Below, one piece after another: positions 47,166-58,710 of a stretch of 64,000 nt of DNA. The position numbers and the translations under genes are program-made. The stretch spans positions 86,868 through 150,867 of the forward strand of contig JAFWNM010000033.1 in assembly GCA_017510335.1 (NCBI GenBank), given 5' to 3'. The DNA is from Paracoccaceae bacterium. GTDB lineage: Bacteria; Pseudomonadota; Alphaproteobacteria; Rhodobacterales; Rhodobacteraceae. Under the pieces are notes generated by a model. That model was not told the origin of the DNA and ran no database searches. It saw only the letters and a list, made by a program, of their open reading frames with translations. Each line of letters starts with the position of its first letter. Position 1 is the first letter of the stretch.

Positions 47166-48059
47166 ATGACCGACCCGTTTGACACCCGTAAATCTGTTGC
47201 TGCCGCATGGTTCCGCGAATTGCGCGACCAGATCGTTGCCGCATTCGAAGCGGTTGAGGACATCCACACAACCGGCCCGCTGTCGGACAGGGCGGCAGGG
47301 CGGTTTGAAGTGCGCGAAACCACCCGCAGCGGGCCGGACGGGCAGGACGCGGGCGGCGGGTTGATGAGTGTGATGCGCAATGGCCGTGTATTTGAAAAAG
47401 TGGGCGTGAACGTCTCGCAGGTTTACGGCCAGTTGGGCGATGCCGCGCAACGGTCCCTGACAGCCCGCAAGGAAATTCCGGGGCTGGATGCAGACCCCCG
47501 CTTCTGGGCCAGTGGCATTTCCCTGGTGGCCCATATGCAAAACCCCCATGTCCCCGCCGTGCATATGAACACCCGCATGTTCTGGACACCGGGGGGCTGG
47601 TGGTTCGGCGGCGGGTCCGATCTGAACCCTTGCATCGAATACCCGGATGACACCGCCGATTTTCATAATACCCTGAAAGGGTATTGCGACCCGCACGGGG
47701 CAGACCTGTATCCGCGTTTCAAGGAATGGGCGGATGAGTATTTCTTCATCCCGCACCGCAAACGCGCGCGGGGCGTGGGCGGCATTTTCTATGATGATCG
47801 TTGCACAGGCGACTGGGACGCAGATTTTGCGTTCACGCAGGATGTGGGGCGCGCGTTTTTGCCTGCCTTTCTGGCGCAGGTGGAACGCCGCAGAAATATG
47901 GAATGGACAGATGCCGACAAGGAAACGCAGCTTATCCATCGCGGGCTGTATGCGGAATATAACCTTGTCTATGACCGTGGCACGAAATTCGGGCTGCAAA
48001 CGGGCCACGACCCAGACGCCGTGCTGATGTCGCTGCCGCCCTTCGCGCGCTGGGTCTGA
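47166..48059 (+). CDS. hemF: Oxygen-dependent coproporphyrinogen III oxidase
   Basis: Motifs FEKVGVN, SLVAHMQNPHVPAVHMN, WFGGGSDLNP, RGVGGIFYD and YAEYNLVYDRGTKFGL. Confidence 0.97.
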   Translation: MTDPFDTRKSVAAAWFRELRDQIVAAFEAVEDIHTTGPLSDRAAGRFEVRETTRSGPDGQDAGGGLMSVMRNGRVFEKVGVNVSQVYGQLGDAAQRSLTARKEIPGLDADPRFWASGISLVAHMQNPHVPAVHMNTRMFWTPGGWWFGGGSDLNPCIEYPDDTADFHNTLKGYCDPHGADLYPRFKEWADEYFFIPHRKRARGVGGIFYDDRCTGDWDADFAFTQDVGRAFLPAFLAQVERRRNMEWTDADKETQLIHRGLYAEYNLVYDRGTKFGLQTGHDPDAVLMSLPPFARWV

Positions 48060-48282
48060 TTTGGCCTGAAAGGGGACATTCGCACTTGGATGAAGCCCGC
48101 ACTATCGGCGGGTCGGGGTCTGCCGATCCGGCGTTATAGGGGAAGCGCTTTATCCAAGCGGCATAGTCCTGACTTCAAAGGCTTGGCATGCCTTCAGGTC
48201 ATCGGCAGGCCGCGGGACGGCCCGCCGATGGCGCGGCGGCCTACGGCCTTGATTCCGCGCCTTGGGTGACTGGTTCAGGCCA

Positions 48283-48972
48283 TCATCCCCCATATTTCCG
48301 CCAGATAGCACTGTCCCCCATATCCTGCACGAAAGCGGCATGCGCGGCGCGCTCATCTTCGGTCAGGCGTGGGGGCAGGGGCGTCGGGCGCTTGGGCAAG
48401 GGCTGTCGGGACTGGTTCGCGCTGGCACTGCCAGAGGATGAACTCAGCCCGAAATCCGGTTGCTGCCCGCCCAGAAGCTCCAGATACACTTCAGCCAGAA
48501 TTTCACTGTCCAGAAGCGCGCCGTGCAAACTGCGCGACGAATTGTCGATGGAAAAGCGGCGGCACAACGCATCCAGCGACGCGGGCGAACCGGGAAATTT
48601 CTTGCGCGCCAGTGCCAGCGTGTCAAAAGCGCGGTCATTCGGCAGGGGCGGCAGGTTCAGCCACCCCAGTTCGGCATTGATAAACCGCATGTCGAAACTG
48701 GCATTATGAATTACCAGCCGGTCATCCCCGATAAAGGCCAGAAAATCCTGCACAATATGCTTGAACACTGGCTTGTCGCGCAGAAATTCATCCCCCAGCC
48801 CATGCACGTCAAACGCTTCCTTGGGCATGGGGCGTTCTGGGTTGATATATTGGTGATAGGTGCGCCCCGTGGGCATCAGGTTGACCAGTTCAACCACGCC
48901 TATTTCGACAATCCGGTGGCCTTCGCTGGGTTCAAACCCCGTAGTTTCCGTGTCCATGACCAGTTCACGCAT
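48283..48972 (-). CDS. dnaQ: DNA polymerase III epsilon subunit
   Basis: Exo I DTETTG, Exo II HNASFD, Exo [17 protein letters not shown]. Confidence 0.97.
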   Translation of the reverse strand: MRELVMDTETTGFEPSEGHRIVEIGVVELVNLMPTGRTYHQYINPERPMPKEAFDVHGLGDEFLRDKPVFKHIVQDFLAFIGDDRLVIHNASFDMRFINAELGWLNLPPLPNDRAFDTLALARKKFPGSPASLDALCRRFSIDNSSRSLHGALLDSEILAEVYLELLGGQQPDFGLSSSSGSASANQSRQPLPKRPTPLPPRLTEDERAAHAAFVQDMGDSAIWRKYGG

Positions 48973-49549
48973 CACTTGCCCCCAGTTTTGCAATTACATC
49001 GCGCACAGCGGCGCGTGTGCTGTCCATATCAACTGTTTCAATAACGAAATCCGCGCGCGCGCGTTTTTCGGCATCCGGCATTTGCCGCGACACGATCAGA
49101 TCGAATTGTTCTGCTGTCATACCGTCGCGGGCCAGAACACGCGCGCGCTGCACCGCTGGCGGGGCGGTGACAACCAGCACCCCGTCAACGGCAATGCCCC
49201 CCTCCAACAACAGCGGCACATCCAGCACCACCAAAGGGGCGTCAGAACCGGCAATGAACGCGGCCCTGTCGGCAGCCACCAAAGGGTGGACCACGCCTTC
49301 CAACTGGTGCAGGGCGGTGCTGTCCTGCGCGATCCAGCGCCTTAACTGGGCGCGGTCAATCGCGCCATCCACCACCGCTTGCGGGCATAGCGCGCCCACA
49401 GGGGCCACTGCTGCGCCGCCTTTGGCATATAAGGCATGAACTGCCGCGTCCGCATCCCATACAGGCACGCCTTCGTCACGGAACATTTGTGCAGTGGTCG
49501 ATTTTCCCATCCCGATGGACCCTGTCAGGCCCAGCACATAAGGGGTCAT
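48965..49549 (-). CDS. coaE: Dephospho-CoA kinase
   Basis: Motifs [26 protein letters not shown] and DVPLLLE. Confidence 0.96.
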   Translation of the reverse strand: MTPYVLGLTGSIGMGKSTTAQMFRDEGVPVWDADAAVHALYAKGGAAVAPVGALCPQAVVDGAIDRAQLRRWIAQDSTALHQLEGVVHPLVAADRAAFIAGSDAPLVVLDVPLLLEGGIAVDGVLVVTAPPAVQRARVLARDGMTAEQFDLIVSRQMPDAEKRARADFVIETVDMDSTRAAVRDVIAKLGASDA

Positions 49550-50376
49550 TGGCCCAGCACCAGCTTGCGCAAATCATCGGTCACTTCTGGCCTGTGCCCG
49601 AACCAGCGTTCAAACCCCGGCACAGCCTGATGCAGCAGCATGCCCAACCCGTCAACAACGGCGTTGCCACGGTCCTGCGCCTGTTGCAGTAGATCCGTCA
49701 TCAGCGGCGTATAGACAATATCGGTAACCAGCGCATCAGGTGACAGCCCGTCAAGCGGCATGTCCAGGGCGGGGTTTCCCACCATACCCAATGACGAAGT
49801 GTTCACCAACAAGCCCAGATCATCCAGACCCCGCGCGCGGTCGTCCCAGTCGCACACACGCACACGCGGCCCGAATTCCTGCGCCAGTGTTTGTGCCCGC
49901 GCGCGCGTGCGGTTACTCAGGCGCAGTTCCGGCACACCCGCATCCAGCAACGCCACAATAATGGCCCGCGCCGCACCGCCAGCCCCCAGAACAAGCGCGG
50001 GCGCCCGTTCTGCAACCCAGTCCGGGGCAGATTGGCGCACATTCGCCAAAAACCCATAACCATCTGTATTATCGGCATGAATGCGTCCGTTCGCGCCAAA
50101 GCTTAGCGTATTGGCCGCCCCTATACGCGCCGCAACGGGTGACACATCATCTGCCAGCGCAAGCACCTGTTCCTTATGGGGTATGGTTACATTGGCCCCC
50201 ACAAACCCCATATGCGGCATGGCGCGCAGCATAGGTTCCAAATTGTCGGAATCAACATGCAAAGGGACGTAATGCCCCCGAAGCCCGTAATCACGCAGCC
50301 ATGAGCCATGCACCAGCGGTGATTTGCTATGCCCGACCGGACTGCCAATAACGCCCGCCAATGGTATCTTGCTCAT
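49546..50376 (-). CDS. aroE: Shikimate dehydrogenase
   Basis: Motifs [33 protein letters not shown] and GLGMLLHQA. Confidence 0.97.
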   Translation of the reverse strand: MSKIPLAGVIGSPVGHSKSPLVHGSWLRDYGLRGHYVPLHVDSDNLEPMLRAMPHMGFVGANVTIPHKEQVLALADDVSPVAARIGAANTLSFGANGRIHADNTDGYGFLANVRQSAPDWVAERAPALVLGAGGAARAIIVALLDAGVPELRLSNRTRARAQTLAQEFGPRVRVCDWDDRARGLDDLGLLVNTSSLGMVGNPALDMPLDGLSPDALVTDIVYTPLMTDLLQQAQDRGNAVVDGLGMLLHQAVPGFERWFGHRPEVTDDLRKLVLGQ

Positions 50377-50966
50377 CCCTCGATCACTCCACGCAAGGAC
50401 AGATAGTTCAGCACTTCCAGCAGGGGCAGGCCAAGGATGGTGAAATAGTCACCCTGAACCTGCGCGAACAGCCGCACGCCTTCTTCTTCCAGCTTATACG
50501 CGCCCACAGACTCGGAAATACCGGGCCAGTTGCGCGTGACATAGCCATCCAGAAAGCTGTCGGAAAACTGCCGCATCGTCAACCGCGCGACGCCCACATG
50601 CCGCCAGACAGGCTCGCCCCCTTGATAGATCACCGCAGCGGACAAAAGCTGATGGGTCTGGCCACGCAATTCCTGCAGCTGTGCATGCGCATCCTCCGGG
50701 GTTTGTGGCTTTTGCAAACACTCGCCCTTGATAGACAAGACCTGATCACAGCCCAAGACCCAGGCATCTGGCCTGCGCGCAGACACTTTGCGCGCCTTGC
50801 TTTCGGCCAAGGCGTCGGCAATGTCGCGCGGGCTGGCACCGCCCAGCATCAATGCCCCGGTGATGGCTTCCTCATCAACACGGGCAGGCAGCACTTCAAG
50901 GTTGAGGCCCGCGTTGCGCAGCATCTGCGCGCGTATACTGGAACCAGAAGCCAGAATGATGTTCAT
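50373..50966 (-). CDS. maf: Maf-family nucleotide pyrophosphatase
   Basis: Motifs ILASGSSIR, KARKVS, LGCDQVL, KPQTPEDA and GLPL. Confidence 0.93.
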   Translation of the reverse strand: MNIILASGSSIRAQMLRNAGLNLEVLPARVDEEAITGALMLGGASPRDIADALAESKARKVSARRPDAWVLGCDQVLSIKGECLQKPQTPEDAHAQLQELRGQTHQLLSAAVIYQGGEPVWRHVGVARLTMRQFSDSFLDGYVTRNWPGISESVGAYKLEEEGVRLFAQVQGDYFTILGLPLLEVLNYLSLRGVIEG

Positions 50967-51320
50967 GTGGATAACCCTGTGTGAATCCCGCTTCCAAACC
51001 GCGGAACAAGATCTGTGTAACCCCGTTCTTGCGGCTGTGCTGTCACTTTACCCACTACCATGCAAGCCGCCATTGGCAAAAGCCCACATGTGGAAACGTG
51101 AAAACCAGTGCTGTGGATAAATGTTTCCCGACTTTTGTTCGACTGTGATATTCTGTCTTTGTTCTAAGTTAAGCATTTGATATATAATAATTATTTAATT
51201 TATCGTTGACGCGCGGCCAGGGTTTTGGTTGTGTATATAAGTGTGGATAACAATCTTATCCCCATATCAACAGGCCCTACTAACAACATCATTTCCTTTC
51301 TATATTTCTTATTTTATTAG
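50966..51320. other. Probable chromosomal replication origin (oriC)
   Basis: Perfect DnaA boxes TGTGGATAA at 50966-50974, 51112-51120 and 51242-51250; near-matches at 51089, 51230 and 51256; AT-rich tract 51165-51205; IHF consensus at 51170-51182. Located between maf-aroE-coaE-dnaQ and hemJ-rho-mnmEG-rsmG-parAB, with parS sites nearby. Confidence 0.85.
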
Positions 51321-51346
51321 TAGGTAGCATATCGAAAGGCCCTGAC

Positions 51347-51787
51347 ATGCTGTCTACCCTCTATCCTTGGATCAAGGCACTGCACATTATGGCAGTCATC
51401 AGCTGGATGGCGGGCCTGTTCTATTTGCCACGCTTGTTCGTGTACCATGTTGAACGTGGAAATGACGCGCAGGGTATGGGCAGCGTGTTTGAAACCATGG
51501 AAACGAAGTTGCTGCGCGTCATCATGAACCCTGCCATGATTGTTGCATGGCTTTCCGGGCTTACGCTGGCGGCAATGCCCTGGGTGTTGGATATGGGTGC
51601 AATCTGGCCTTACAGCAAGTTCGCAGCACTTCTGGGAATGACATGGTTTCACATGTGGTGTGCACGGCGCCGTCGTATTTTTGCGCTGGGGGAAAATACA
51701 TTGACAGGCCGAAACTACCGCATGATGAACGAAGTGCCCACAGTGTTGATGGTGGTTATCGTGCTGTCGGTGGTTGTTAAATTCTAG
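51347..51787 (+). CDS. hemJ: Protoporphyrinogen oxidase HemJ
   Basis: YPWIKALHIMAVISWMAGLFYLPRLFVYH...IMNPAM...RMMNEVPT. Confidence 0.96.
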   Translation: MLSTLYPWIKALHIMAVISWMAGLFYLPRLFVYHVERGNDAQGMGSVFETMETKLLRVIMNPAMIVAWLSGLTLAAMPWVLDMGAIWPYSKFAALLGMTWFHMWCARRRRIFALGENTLTGRNYRMMNEVPTVLMVVIVLSVVVKF

Positions 51788-51847
51788 GCAGATTGACTCT
51801 TGCGTCATTTGGATGTACGGCAAAGTTGCTTTGCCGTCCGGCGATAG

Positions 51848-51863
51848 CGTTTCACGTGAAACA
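51848..51863. promoter_or_regulatory. parS site (1 mismatch), hemJ-rho intergenic
   Basis: CGTTTCACGTGAAACA versus consensus TGTTTCACGTGAAACA. Confidence 0.9.
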
Positions 51864-51922
51864 CACCATACTTTTGCTGCCGCGTGCCCTTTTCCAAGGG
51901 TTGTGGGCAATCAGGATTTGCC

Positions 51923-53233
51923 ATGTCTGACATCATGACCCCCGATTCAGAATTTGACCTTGAAGAAGCCGGAAGCCTTAACCTGGCTGACCTGAAGGCG
52001 AAAAGCCCGGCTGAACTGTTGTCCATGGCTGAAGATCTGGAAATTGAAAACGCCCCGTCCATGCGCAAGGGCGAGATGATGTTTTCCATCCTGAAGGAAC
52101 GCGCCGAAGAAGGCTGGACCATTTACGGCGATGGCGTAATTGAAGTGCTGCAAGACGGGTTTGGTTTTCTGCGCTCGCCAGAGGCGAACTATCTGCCCGG
52201 TCCTGATGATATTTACGTCTCTCCTGAGATGATCCGTCAGTATTCATTGCGCAGTGGTGATACGATCGAAGGCGAAATTCAGGCCCCGGCTGAAAATGAA
52301 CGCTATTTCGCGATTACAAAAGTCACCCAGATCAATTTCGACAACCCAGACAAGGCCCGCCATAAGGTTCATTTCGACAACCTGACGCCGCTTTACCCTG
52401 ATGAACGCCTGTGGATGGAAACCAGTGATCCCACCACCAAGGACCGTTCTGCGCGCATCATCGACATTGTTTCGCCACTAGGCAAGGGGCAGCGCGCGCT
52501 GATTGTGGCCCCACCCCGCACGGGTAAAACAGTTCTGTTGCAAAACATTGCGCATAGCATCGAGAAAAACCATCCCGAATGCTATCTTATCGTTTTGCTG
52601 ATTGATGAACGGCCAGAAGAAGTGACCGACATGCAGCGTTCCGTTAAGGGAGAGGTGATCGCCTCGACCTTTGACGAACCCGCAACCCGTCACGTTGCAG
52701 TGGCGGAAATGGTCATTGAAAAAGCCAAACGCCTTGTGGAACATAAGCGCGACGTGGTCATCTTGCTGGATTCAATTACGCGGCTTGGTCGCGCGTTCAA
52801 CACTGTTGTGCCCAGCTCTGGCAAGGTTCTGACAGGGGGTGTTGATGCCAATGCCCTGCAACGCCCCAAGCGCTTCTTTGGCGCGGCGCGTAACATTGAA
52901 GAAGGCGGTTCGCTGACCATCATTGCAACGGCCCTGATTGATACCGGGTCGCGCATGGACGAAGTGATTTTCGAGGAATTCAAGGGCACGGGCAACAGCG
53001 AAATCGTGTTGGACCGCAAGGTTGCCGACAAGCGCGTTTTCCCAGCGATCGACATCTTGAAATCCGGCACACGGAAAGAGGAACTTCTGGTCGAGAAAAT
53101 CGACCTGCAAAAAACCTTTGTTTTGCGCCGTATTCTGAACCCGATGGGCACCACAGATGCCATCGAATTCCTGATATCGAAATTGAAGCAGACCAAGACA
53201 AACAGCGATTTCTTCGAGTCAATGAACACATAA
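51923..53233 (+). CDS. rho: Transcription termination factor Rho
   Basis: Motifs [38 protein letters not shown] and GTGNSE. Confidence 0.99.
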   Translation: MSDIMTPDSEFDLEEAGSLNLADLKAKSPAELLSMAEDLEIENAPSMRKGEMMFSILKERAEEGWTIYGDGVIEVLQDGFGFLRSPEANYLPGPDDIYVSPEMIRQYSLRSGDTIEGEIQAPAENERYFAITKVTQINFDNPDKARHKVHFDNLTPLYPDERLWMETSDPTTKDRSARIIDIVSPLGKGQRALIVAPPRTGKTVLLQNIAHSIEKNHPECYLIVLLIDERPEEVTDMQRSVKGEVIASTFDEPATRHVAVAEMVIEKAKRLVEHKRDVVILLDSITRLGRAFNTVVPSSGKVLTGGVDANALQRPKRFFGAARNIEEGGSLTIIATALIDTGSRMDEVIFEEFKGTGNSEIVLDRKVADKRVFPAIDILKSGTRKEELLVEKIDLQKTFVLRRILNPMGTTDAIEFLISKLKQTKTNSDFFESMNT

Positions 53234-53243
53234 GGGGGCGGCA

Positions 53244-54530
53244 ATGGATACGATTTTCGCGCTGGCCTCTGCCCGCGGAAAATCGGGCGTTGCTGTTATT
53301 CGCGTGTCTGGCCCGCGCGCGCATGATGTGGCGCGCGCCATTGCTGTGACAGTTCCGCCATTGCGGCAGGCCGGGTTGCGCAATTTCTATGATGCCAATG
53401 GCGGGTTGCTGGATCAGGGGCTGGTCATCTGTTTTGCGGCGGGAAACAGTTTTACCGGCGAGGATGTTGTCGAGTTTATGGTTCATGGCAGTCTGGCGAC
53501 TGTTGCCGCTGTTGAAGCCTGCCTTGCCGAAGATCACGGCCTGCGCCTTGCACAGCCCGGCGAATTTACCCGCAGAGCGCTTGAAAACGGTGTCATGGAC
53601 CTGACCCAGGTCGAAGCGCTTGGTGACCTGCTGGAAGCCGAAACAGAAAGTCAGCGACGACAGGCGTTGCGCGTGCTGGATGGGGCGATCGGCAAGCTTG
53701 TTACGCTATGGCGCGGGCATTTGTTAAAAGCTGCGGCGCTGGTCGAAGCCAGCATTGATTTTGTAGAAGAAGATGTCGGAAACTGGGATGCCCAGATACT
53801 GGCAGAGCTGCAGGCCGTGCAATGCCAGCTACAGGCCGAAATCGCAGGGCAGGGCGCGCGCGAGCGTGTTCAATCCGGTTTTGAAATTGCGATCATTGGG
53901 TCAGTGAATGCGGGAAAGTCCACATTGCTGAATGCGCTTGCCGGGCGTGATGCTGCCATAACGTCTGACATTGCGGGAACAACCCGCGACGTTATTGAAT
54001 TGCGCATGGATATTGGCGGTTTTGCGGTTACCCTGTTGGACACAGCAGGATTGCGCGACACGGATGAGCAGATAGAAGCCATTGGGATTGCGCGTGGGCA
54101 AAAACGGGCTATCGCGGCGGATATGCGGATTATATTGTGTGATTCGCCAGATACACCACCGCCGGTTGATATTTTGCCAGGTGATATTGTCTTGTTCAGC
54201 AAGGCAGATCTTTATCCGGCGCAAGAAGGTGGTGTGTCTGGTTTGACTGGGCAAGGTATTGACCAGTTGCTTGAACGAATCAAAACAGAACTGTCGCAGC
54301 GTGTTGCGCGCGATGGTGTGACTGTCCGGCGCAGGCATTTGCAGGCCATGTTGTCCGCCGAATTAGCCCTAACTGACGCGATTGATAAACTTGCGATGCA
54401 GGGGTATATCGCTGAATTATTGGCTGCGGATATTCGGCAGGCGATCAATGCGCTTGATTCTTTGATCGGCAAAATCGATGTCGAGGATCTGTTGGGGGAT
54501 ATCTTCAGTTCCTTCTGTATCGGCAAGTAG
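53244..54530 (+). CDS. mnmE: tRNA modification GTPase MnmE
   Basis: Motifs [32 protein letters not shown] and terminal FCIGK. Confidence 0.97.
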   Translation: MDTIFALASARGKSGVAVIRVSGPRAHDVARAIAVTVPPLRQAGLRNFYDANGGLLDQGLVICFAAGNSFTGEDVVEFMVHGSLATVAAVEACLAEDHGLRLAQPGEFTRRALENGVMDLTQVEALGDLLEAETESQRRQALRVLDGAIGKLVTLWRGHLLKAAALVEASIDFVEEDVGNWDAQILAELQAVQCQLQAEIAGQGARERVQSGFEIAIIGSVNAGKSTLLNALAGRDAAITSDIAGTTRDVIELRMDIGGFAVTLLDTAGLRDTDEQIEAIGIARGQKRAIAADMRIILCDSPDTPPPVDILPGDIVLFSKADLYPAQEGGVSGLTGQGIDQLLERIKTELSQRVARDGVTVRRRHLQAMLSAELALTDAIDKLAMQGYIAELLAADIRQAINALDSLIGKIDVEDLLGDIFSSFCIGK

Positions 54531-54532
54531 GA

Positions 54533-56404
54533 GTGTTTCACGTGAAACATTATGATGTCATTGTCATTGGCGCTGGTCACGCCGGAACCGAAGCCGCAAT
54601 GGCTGCGGCGCGAATGGGTGCGAAAACTGCACTTTTGACGTTCCGCAAAGATGATCTTGGCGTCATGTCCTGCAACCCCGCCATCGGGGGCCTTGGCAAA
54701 GGGCACCTTGTCCGGGAGATTGACGCACTTGACGGGATCATGGCACGCGCTGGCGATTATGCGGCTATTCAATACCGGCTGCTGAACAGGTCCAAAGGTC
54801 CGGCAGTGCAGGGGCCACGGGTTCAGGCAGACCGCATGCGGTATCGCGAGTTTGTCGGGCGCGAAGTCCTAGCCATGCCGGGATTAGAGGTTATTGAAGC
54901 CGAGGTGACGGCGCTGTTGTTGCAGGGCGATACGGTCACTGGTGTGACGCTGAATGCGCAAACGAATTTACACGCAACATCGGTGGTTCTGACCACAGGC
55001 ACATTCCTTGGCGGAAAGGTGTTTATCGGTGATCTGACCTATCCTGCCGGCCGCATGGGGAACGCTGCATCCAGCGTTCTTGCGCAACAATTGCGTGGCC
55101 TTGGATTGCCCATGGGGCGGCTGAAAACCGGAACCCCGCCGCGGTTGGACGGGAAAACAATTGCCTGGGACACACTGGAAAGCCAGCCGGGGGATGACGC
55201 GCCCGAATTCCTGTCCTTTCAGACAACGCAGGTTATAGCGCCGCAAATTGCCTGTGCGATAACCCATACAAACACGCAAACGCATGATATTGTGCGTGAA
55301 AACCTGTCCCGTTCGGCAATGTATAGCGGCCAGATAGAAGGCGTGGGCCCACGATATTGCCCGTCAATAGAGGACAAGATCACCCGTTTTTCCGACAAGT
55401 CATCGCATCAGGTCTTTCTGGAACCTGAAGGGTTGAATGACGACACTGTGTATCCCAATGGCATATCGACATCCCTTCCGGCTGAGGTTCAGGAAGCGTA
55501 TGTTCGCACTATTCAGGGTTTGGAGAATGTGCGCCTTATCCAGCCCGGCTATGCCATTGAATATGATTACCTTGACCCGCGCGCGCTGAAATCCACTTTG
55601 CAGCTGAAGGATTTGTCCGGTTTCTATCTGGCTGGGCAGATCAATGGCACAACAGGCTATGAAGAAGCTGGGGCGCAAGGGCTGGTGGCCGGCCTGAACG
55701 CAGCGCTGTATGCCCAAGGGCGCGCAGCGGTCAGCTTCAGCAGGGCCGACAGCTATATCGGTGTCATGATTGATGACCTTATCTTGCGCGGTGTTGCCGA
55801 ACCTTATCGCATGTTCACATCGCGGGCCGAATACAGGTTGTCGTTGCGTGCCGACAATGCGGACCAACGCCTGACGCCGGTTGGCTTGGAAATTGGTTGT
55901 GTTTCTGACGGGCGCAGACAAGCATTCCTCGACAAGGCCGAACGGTTGGACGCGGCGCGCGAGAAGATGCGCGCGGTGTCCTTCACCTCCCGGCAGTTGA
56001 ACGCGCAGGGGCACAAGGTCAGCGAAGATGGAACGAAGCGCGATGCATTAACGCTGTTGGGGCTGTCCGGGTTTGATTTCGCTGCGTTGGAGGAATTGGC
56101 GCCAGATTTGGCAGGAATTGACGCCGCAACGAAAGCGCAGCTTGAGAAGGAGATGGTTTATCACGCTTATTTGCAACGTCAGGATTCGCAAATTCGTGCG
56201 ATGAAAGCAGATGAAAACCGGCGGTTCCCGCAAGGGTTTGAATTTGGCAGTGTCAGCGGTTTGTCAAACGAACTGGTGGGGAAGCTGTCACGGGCCCAAC
56301 CCGAAACGCTGGCGCATGCCGCACGGATAGAAGGCATGACGCCCGCCGCATTGGTGTTGTTGCTGTCTCGTATACAGCAACATGAAAAGCGCATATCGGC
56401 ATGA
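54533..56404 (+). CDS. mnmG: tRNA uridine 5-carboxymethylaminomethyl modification enzyme
   Basis: Motifs [51 protein letters not shown] and [11 protein letters not shown]. Confidence 0.99.
   Translation: MFHVKHYDVIVIGAGHAGTEAAMAAARMGAKTALLTFRKDDLGVMSCNPAIGGLGKGHLVREIDALDGIMARAGDYAAIQYRLLNRSKGPAVQGPRVQADRMRYREFVGREVLAMPGLEVIEAEVTALLLQGDTVTGVTLNAQTNLHATSVVLTTGTFLGGKVFIGDLTYPAGRMGNAASSVLAQQLRGLGLPMGRLKTGTPPRLDGKTIAWDTLESQPGDDAPEFLSFQTTQVIAPQIACAITHTNTQTHDIVRENLSRSAMYSGQIEGVGPRYCPSIEDKITRFSDKSSHQVFLEPEGLNDDTVYPNGISTSLPAEVQEAYVRTIQGLENVRLIQPGYAIEYDYLDPRALKSTLQLKDLSGFYLAGQINGTTGYEEAGAQGLVAGLNAALYAQGRAAVSFSRADSYIGVMIDDLILRGVAEPYRMFTSRAEYRLSLRADNADQRLTPVGLEIGCVSDGRRQAFLDKAERLDAAREKMRAVSFTSRQLNAQGHKVSEDGTKRDALTLLGLSGFDFAALEELAPDLAGIDAATKAQLEKEMVYHAYLQRQDSQIRAMKADENRRFPQGFEFGSVSGLSNELVGKLSRAQPETLAHAARIEGMTPAALVLLLSRIQQHEKRISA
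54534..54549. promoter_or_regulatory. parS site (perfect), within the first codons of mnmG
   Basis: TGTTTCACGTGAAACA. Confidence 0.93.
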
Positions 56405-57018
56405 CAAGTTTATCGGTCGGGGGCGTGGCTGTTTCACGTGAAACAATGGACCGATTGGATGGGTTTGTCAGCCTGCTTACCAGATGGAACAGCAAGATAA
56501 ACCTTGTTGCGCCGGCGACAATTCCAAACATGTGGCAGCGCCATATTGAGGATTCCGCACAAGTTTTCGCACTGGCGCCCAAGAACGCGCATCAATGGGT
56601 CGATCTGGGGTCCGGCGGTGGTTTGCCCGGGGTGGTTTGCGCAATACTGGCCGCCGAACATATGCCGGACTGCCGTTTCACATTGATCGAAAGTGACAAG
56701 CGCAAATCAGCCTTTCTGATGGTGGTCGCGCGGGAGTTGGCGTTACAAATCGAAGTGCTGCCCGTCAGGGCAGAAGATGTGCCACCAAAAAAAGCTGATG
56801 TTGTTTCCGCCCGCGCATTGGCCCCGTTGCCACAACTGCTGGCATGGGTTGACCGGCACCTTGCTGATGGTGGAATAGCACTTTTGCCGAAGGGCAAAAC
56901 ATGGGAAGAAGAACTTGCTACCGCCCGCGCGGACTGGATGTTTCATGTCGTCTCGCATATCAGTCAAACTGATCCGGCCGCACGCCTTCTAGCGATAAAG
57001 GAGCTTTCGCGTGTCTAA
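56401..57018 (+). CDS. rsmG: 16S rRNA m7G527 methyltransferase
   Basis: Motifs [30 protein letters not shown] and VSARALA. Confidence 0.96.
   Translation: MTSLSVGGVAVSRETMDRLDGFVSLLTRWNSKINLVAPATIPNMWQRHIEDSAQVFALAPKNAHQWVDLGSGGGLPGVVCAILAAEHMPDCRFTLIESDKRKSAFLMVVARELALQIEVLPVRAEDVPPKKADVVSARALAPLPQLLAWVDRHLADGGIALLPKGKTWEEELATARADWMFHVVSHISQTDPAARLLAIKELSRV
56430..56445. promoter_or_regulatory. parS site (perfect), inside rsmG (encodes VSRET)
   Basis: TGTTTCACGTGAAACA. Confidence 0.93.
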
Positions 57019-57826
57019 ATCAGGAACCACCCGAATCATTGCGATTGCCAATCAGAAGGGCGGTGTAGGAAAGACGACAACCGCGATTAACCTTGCCGCC
57101 GCCCTGGCAGAGCAGGGCATGAAAACCCTTTTGATTGACCTGGACCCGCAGGGGAATGCGTCCACAGGATTGGGCGTTGAACCCGGCGCACGGAAATACA
57201 CGACCTATGACCTGATTTTTGCTGAAGTGTCCGCAGCGAAAATTGTTGTCCAGACAGAGCAGGATGGATTGTATCTTGTTCCAGCGACCACTGACCTGTC
57301 ATCTGCGGATATTGAATTGATGTCGCGCGCGCGTCGGTCGCATTTGTTGCATGATGCCTTGCGCCAGCCTGATATCATTCATGAGGGTTTTGACTATATT
57401 CTGATCGACTGCCCCCCCTCGTTAAGTTTGCTGACAGTCAATGCGATGGTCGCGTCGCATTCCGTTTTGGTGCCCCTGCAGGCCGAATTTTTCGCACTCG
57501 AAGGGTTGTCCCAGCTTATGCTGACGATTCGTGAACTGCGCGATACAGCCAATCCGCAATTGCGCATCGAGGGGATTTTGCTGACGATGTATGATAAGCG
57601 CAACAATCTGGCGCAGCAGGTTGAAGAGGACGCGCGCGGTAATCTGGGTGATTTGGTGTTCAATACCATCGTGCCGCGAAATGTCCGGATAAGCGAAGCC
57701 CCGTCCTATGCTGTGCCCGTTTTGCGCTACGATACGCAGTCAAAAGGGGCGCTGGCCTATCGTCAGCTTGCCGTGGAGCTGCTGGAAAAACATAACAAAA
57801 CCCTTAGGGAAAGGGCAGTATCATGA
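57011..57826 (+). CDS. parA: Chromosome partitioning ATPase ParA
   Basis: Motifs NQKGGVGKTT, DLDPQGNAS, IDCPPSL and EFFALEG. Confidence 0.97.
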   Translation: MSKSGTTRIIAIANQKGGVGKTTTAINLAAALAEQGMKTLLIDLDPQGNASTGLGVEPGARKYTTYDLIFAEVSAAKIVVQTEQDGLYLVPATTDLSSADIELMSRARRSHLLHDALRQPDIIHEGFDYILIDCPPSLSLLTVNAMVASHSVLVPLQAEFFALEGLSQLMLTIRELRDTANPQLRIEGILLTMYDKRNNLAQQVEEDARGNLGDLVFNTIVPRNVRISEAPSYAVPVLRYDTQSKGALAYRQLAVELLEKHNKTLRERAVS

Positions 57827-58710
57827 CCGAACGCAAGCCGGAACGCCGCGGACTGGGGCGGGGGCTATCCGCATTGATGGCCGATGTTGCGGCAACCGCG
57901 CAGGCCGAACCCGCACCAGACTCGCGGGGCAGGGACCAGCTTATGCCGGTTGAAAACCTGATTCCAAACCCCGACCAACCCCGCAGGCATTTTGATGACA
58001 CCGCCCTGGCAGAGCTTGCGGCCTCGATCAAGGAGAAAGGGGTAATCCAGCCGCTGATCGTCCGGCCAAAGGGCGACAGGTTTGAAATTATAGCAGGTGA
58101 ACGGCGCTGGCGCGCGGCGCAGCGCGCACAGGTGCACGAAGTACCTGTAATCATTAGGGATTTTACTGATACGGAAGTTCTGGAAATCGCGATTATTGAA
58201 AATATTCAGCGCGCCGACCTGAACCCGGTAGAAGAGGCGATGGGATATCGCCAGTTGATTGACCGTTTCGGCCATACTCAGGAAAAACTGGCCGAGGCGA
58301 TGGGCAAAAGCCGGTCCCATATTGCGAACCTGATGCGGTTGTTGAACCTGCCGGATGACGTGCAGGGTATGCTGCGGGACGGACGGTTAAGTGCCGGCCA
58401 TGCGCGCGCCCTGATCACCGCTGACCTGCCGTCAACGCTTGCGCGCAAGGTTGTGGCAGAAGGGCTAAGTGTGCGTCAGACTGAAGCGCTGGTCAAAAAA
58501 CCGGACACGACGCCCGGCAAGAAATCTGCCACGCGGAAGAATGAAAAAGACGCTGACTTGATAGCCTTGCAAAACGACCTGTCCGCCGCATTGAAATTGC
58601 CGGTGGACATAACCTATGATGGTGCTGGCAAGGGGCATGTTGTCATAAAATACCGTTCCATCGAAGAAATGGACCGGCTGTGCAAAGTTCTGGGAAACCC
58701 TATTGTATAA
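57823..58710 (+). CDS. parB: Chromosome partitioning protein ParB
   Basis: Motifs LGRGLSAL, QPR, IAGERRWRAA, ENIQRADL, the HTH region, and GHARAL. Confidence 0.97.
   Translation: MTERKPERRGLGRGLSALMADVAATAQAEPAPDSRGRDQLMPVENLIPNPDQPRRHFDDTALAELAASIKEKGVIQPLIVRPKGDRFEIIAGERRWRAAQRAQVHEVPVIIRDFTDTEVLEIAIIENIQRADLNPVEEAMGYRQLIDRFGHTQEKLAEAMGKSRSHIANLMRLLNLPDDVQGMLRDGRLSAGHARALITADLPSTLARKVVAEGLSVRQTEALVKKPDTTPGKKSATRKNEKDADLIALQNDLSAALKLPVDITYDGAGKGHVVIKYRSIEEMDRLCKVLGNPIV

Noticed and set aside
58700-58710. Convergent parB/hemW overlap
   Set aside because: An 11-nt tail-to-tail overlap is common and needs no special explanation.
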